From the NCBI RefSeq assembly GCF_006345805.1, contig NC_043022.1:15748001-15812000 (forward strand): 64,000 bases of DNA, in the 5' to 3' direction. Positions 62,522-64,000 of this stretch are shown here, in pieces. The translations under genes were made by a program, and so were the position numbers. Positions within the stretch are counted from its first letter, which is position 1; each line of letters begins with the position of its first letter. The notes under the pieces are model-generated. The model saw only the letters and a list, made by a program, of their open reading frames with translations. It made no database searches and was not told the origin of the DNA. The DNA comes from Octopus sinensis (taxonomy: Eukaryota).

Positions 62522-63250
62522 ATAAGTGTGTGTGTGTGAGTGTGTGTATGAGTGTGTGTATGTGTGGTTGTTTGTGTGTGTGTGTGGCCGTGTGTGGCCG
62601 TGTGTGTGTGTGTGTGTGTGTGGCCGTGTGTATGTGAGTGTGTGTATGTGTGGCTGTGTGTGAGTGTATGTGTGGCCGTGTGTGTGTGAGTGTGTGTGTG
62701 TGTGTGACCGGGTGTGTGTGAGTGTGTGTATGTGTGACCGTGTGTGTGTGAGTGTGTGTATGTGTGGCCGTGTGTGAGTGCGTGTGTATGTGTGGTCGTT
62801 TGTGTGTGAGTGTGTATGTGTGGCCGTGTGTGTGTGCGTGAGTGTATGTGTGTGTGGCCGTGTGTGTGTGAGTGTGTGTATGTGTGGCCGTGTGTGGCCG
62901 TGTGAGTGTGTGTATGTGTGGCCGCGTGTGTGAGTGTATGTATGTGTGGCGGTGTGTGTTTGTGTGAGTGTGTGTATGTGTGACCGTGTTTGTGTGTATG
63001 TGTGGTCGTTTGTGTGTGAGTGTGTGTATGTGTGGCCGTGTGTGTGAGTGTGTGTATGTGTGACCGTGTGTGTGTGAGTGTGTGTATGTGTGGTCGTGTG
63101 TGTATGTGTGGCCGTGTGTGTGTATGTGTGTGGCCGTGTGTGTATGTGTGTGGCCGTGTGTGTGTGAGTGTGTGTATGTGTGTGAGTGTGTATGTGTGGC
63201 CGCGTGTGTGTGTGTATGTGTGTGGCCGTGTGTGTGTATGTGTGGCTGTT
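62522..63250. repeat. GT-rich minisatellite (tgtgtggccg / tgtgagtg units)
   Basis: Direct inspection; source of the His/Thr ORF 62495..63262. Confidence 0.9.
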
Positions 63251-64000
63251 CTTATTCAACAAGAACGTTAACTCCGTCTATCAACAACTTTAGGTTATTT
63301 CCCTTGGACTGGAAAGCGCCCAGTAAAATAAAGATTCATTTTGTCTGGTTAAACGAAGAATTTTGATTTTTTAATTTCCAACCATTTTTTTTGTTTCATA
63401 ATATTTACATTTAGAAATAAATGAGTGAATAATTAGCTAACTTGATTAATTAATAGACGTCCTTGATTTTCTATATTTTAAAGTCTGTTCCAAAGACTGC
63501 AAAACTATATCAATTTACTAACAAAAACATTTTGTTTTTAATGGGAACTGCAGAATTTACGACTAAAGCATTTATATATCTCTCTTTCTCTTTTACTCGT
63601 TTCAGTCATTTGACTGCGGCCATGCTGGAGCACCGCCTTTAGTCGAGCAAATCGACCCCGGGACTTATTCTTTTGTAAGCCCAGTACTTATTCTATCGGT
63701 CTGTTTTGCCAAACTGCTAAGTGACGGGGACATAAACACACCAGCATCGGCTGTCAAGCAATGCTAGGGGGACAAACACAGACACACAAACATATATATA
63801 TACATATATACGACGGGCTTCTTTCAGTTTCCGTCTACCAAATCCACTCACAAGGCTTTGGTTGGCCCGAGGATATTGTAGAAGACACTTGCCCAAGGTG
63901 CCACGCAGTGGGACTGAACCCGGAACCATGTGGTTCGTAACTAAGCTACTTACCACACAGCCATTCCTACGCCGGTATAGAATTATATCCATAAAAAAGA

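Overview
Eukaryotic, AT-rich and very repeat-dense genomic DNA. The SINE, Helitron and LINE repertoire looks like a coleoid cephalopod, probably Octopus (inference from recalled repeat families, not from a search). Three host genes can be reconstructed by hand. (1) The 3' part of a plus-strand Sfi1-repeat (centrin-binding-type) gene: 6 phase-compatible GT-AG exons, 411-9326. (2) A minus-strand orphan gene with one long coding exon: a 599 aa ORF at 13829-15628, probably 697 aa from 15921 if a 1-nt frameshift is an artefact. (3) A minus-strand 3-4 exon Rab/Ras-fold small GTPase gene (28541-33799) in which all five nucleotide-binding G motifs are degenerate and no prenylation motif is seen, i.e. 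a candidate pseudoGTPase; the ORF track does not show it as one gene. The rest consists of tRNA-derived SINEs (including two head-to-tail SINE arrays, one with a higher-order dimer), non-autonomous Helitrons, hAT and mariner MITEs, fragments of RTE, CR1, R4/Dong-like and Penelope retroelements (with hammerhead-like motifs), micro- and minisatellites, several strong hairpins, and a 100-N gap (28666-28765). Most long ORFs in the supplied track are microsatellite or SINE artefacts. No bona fide rRNA, tRNA or CRISPR array was found.
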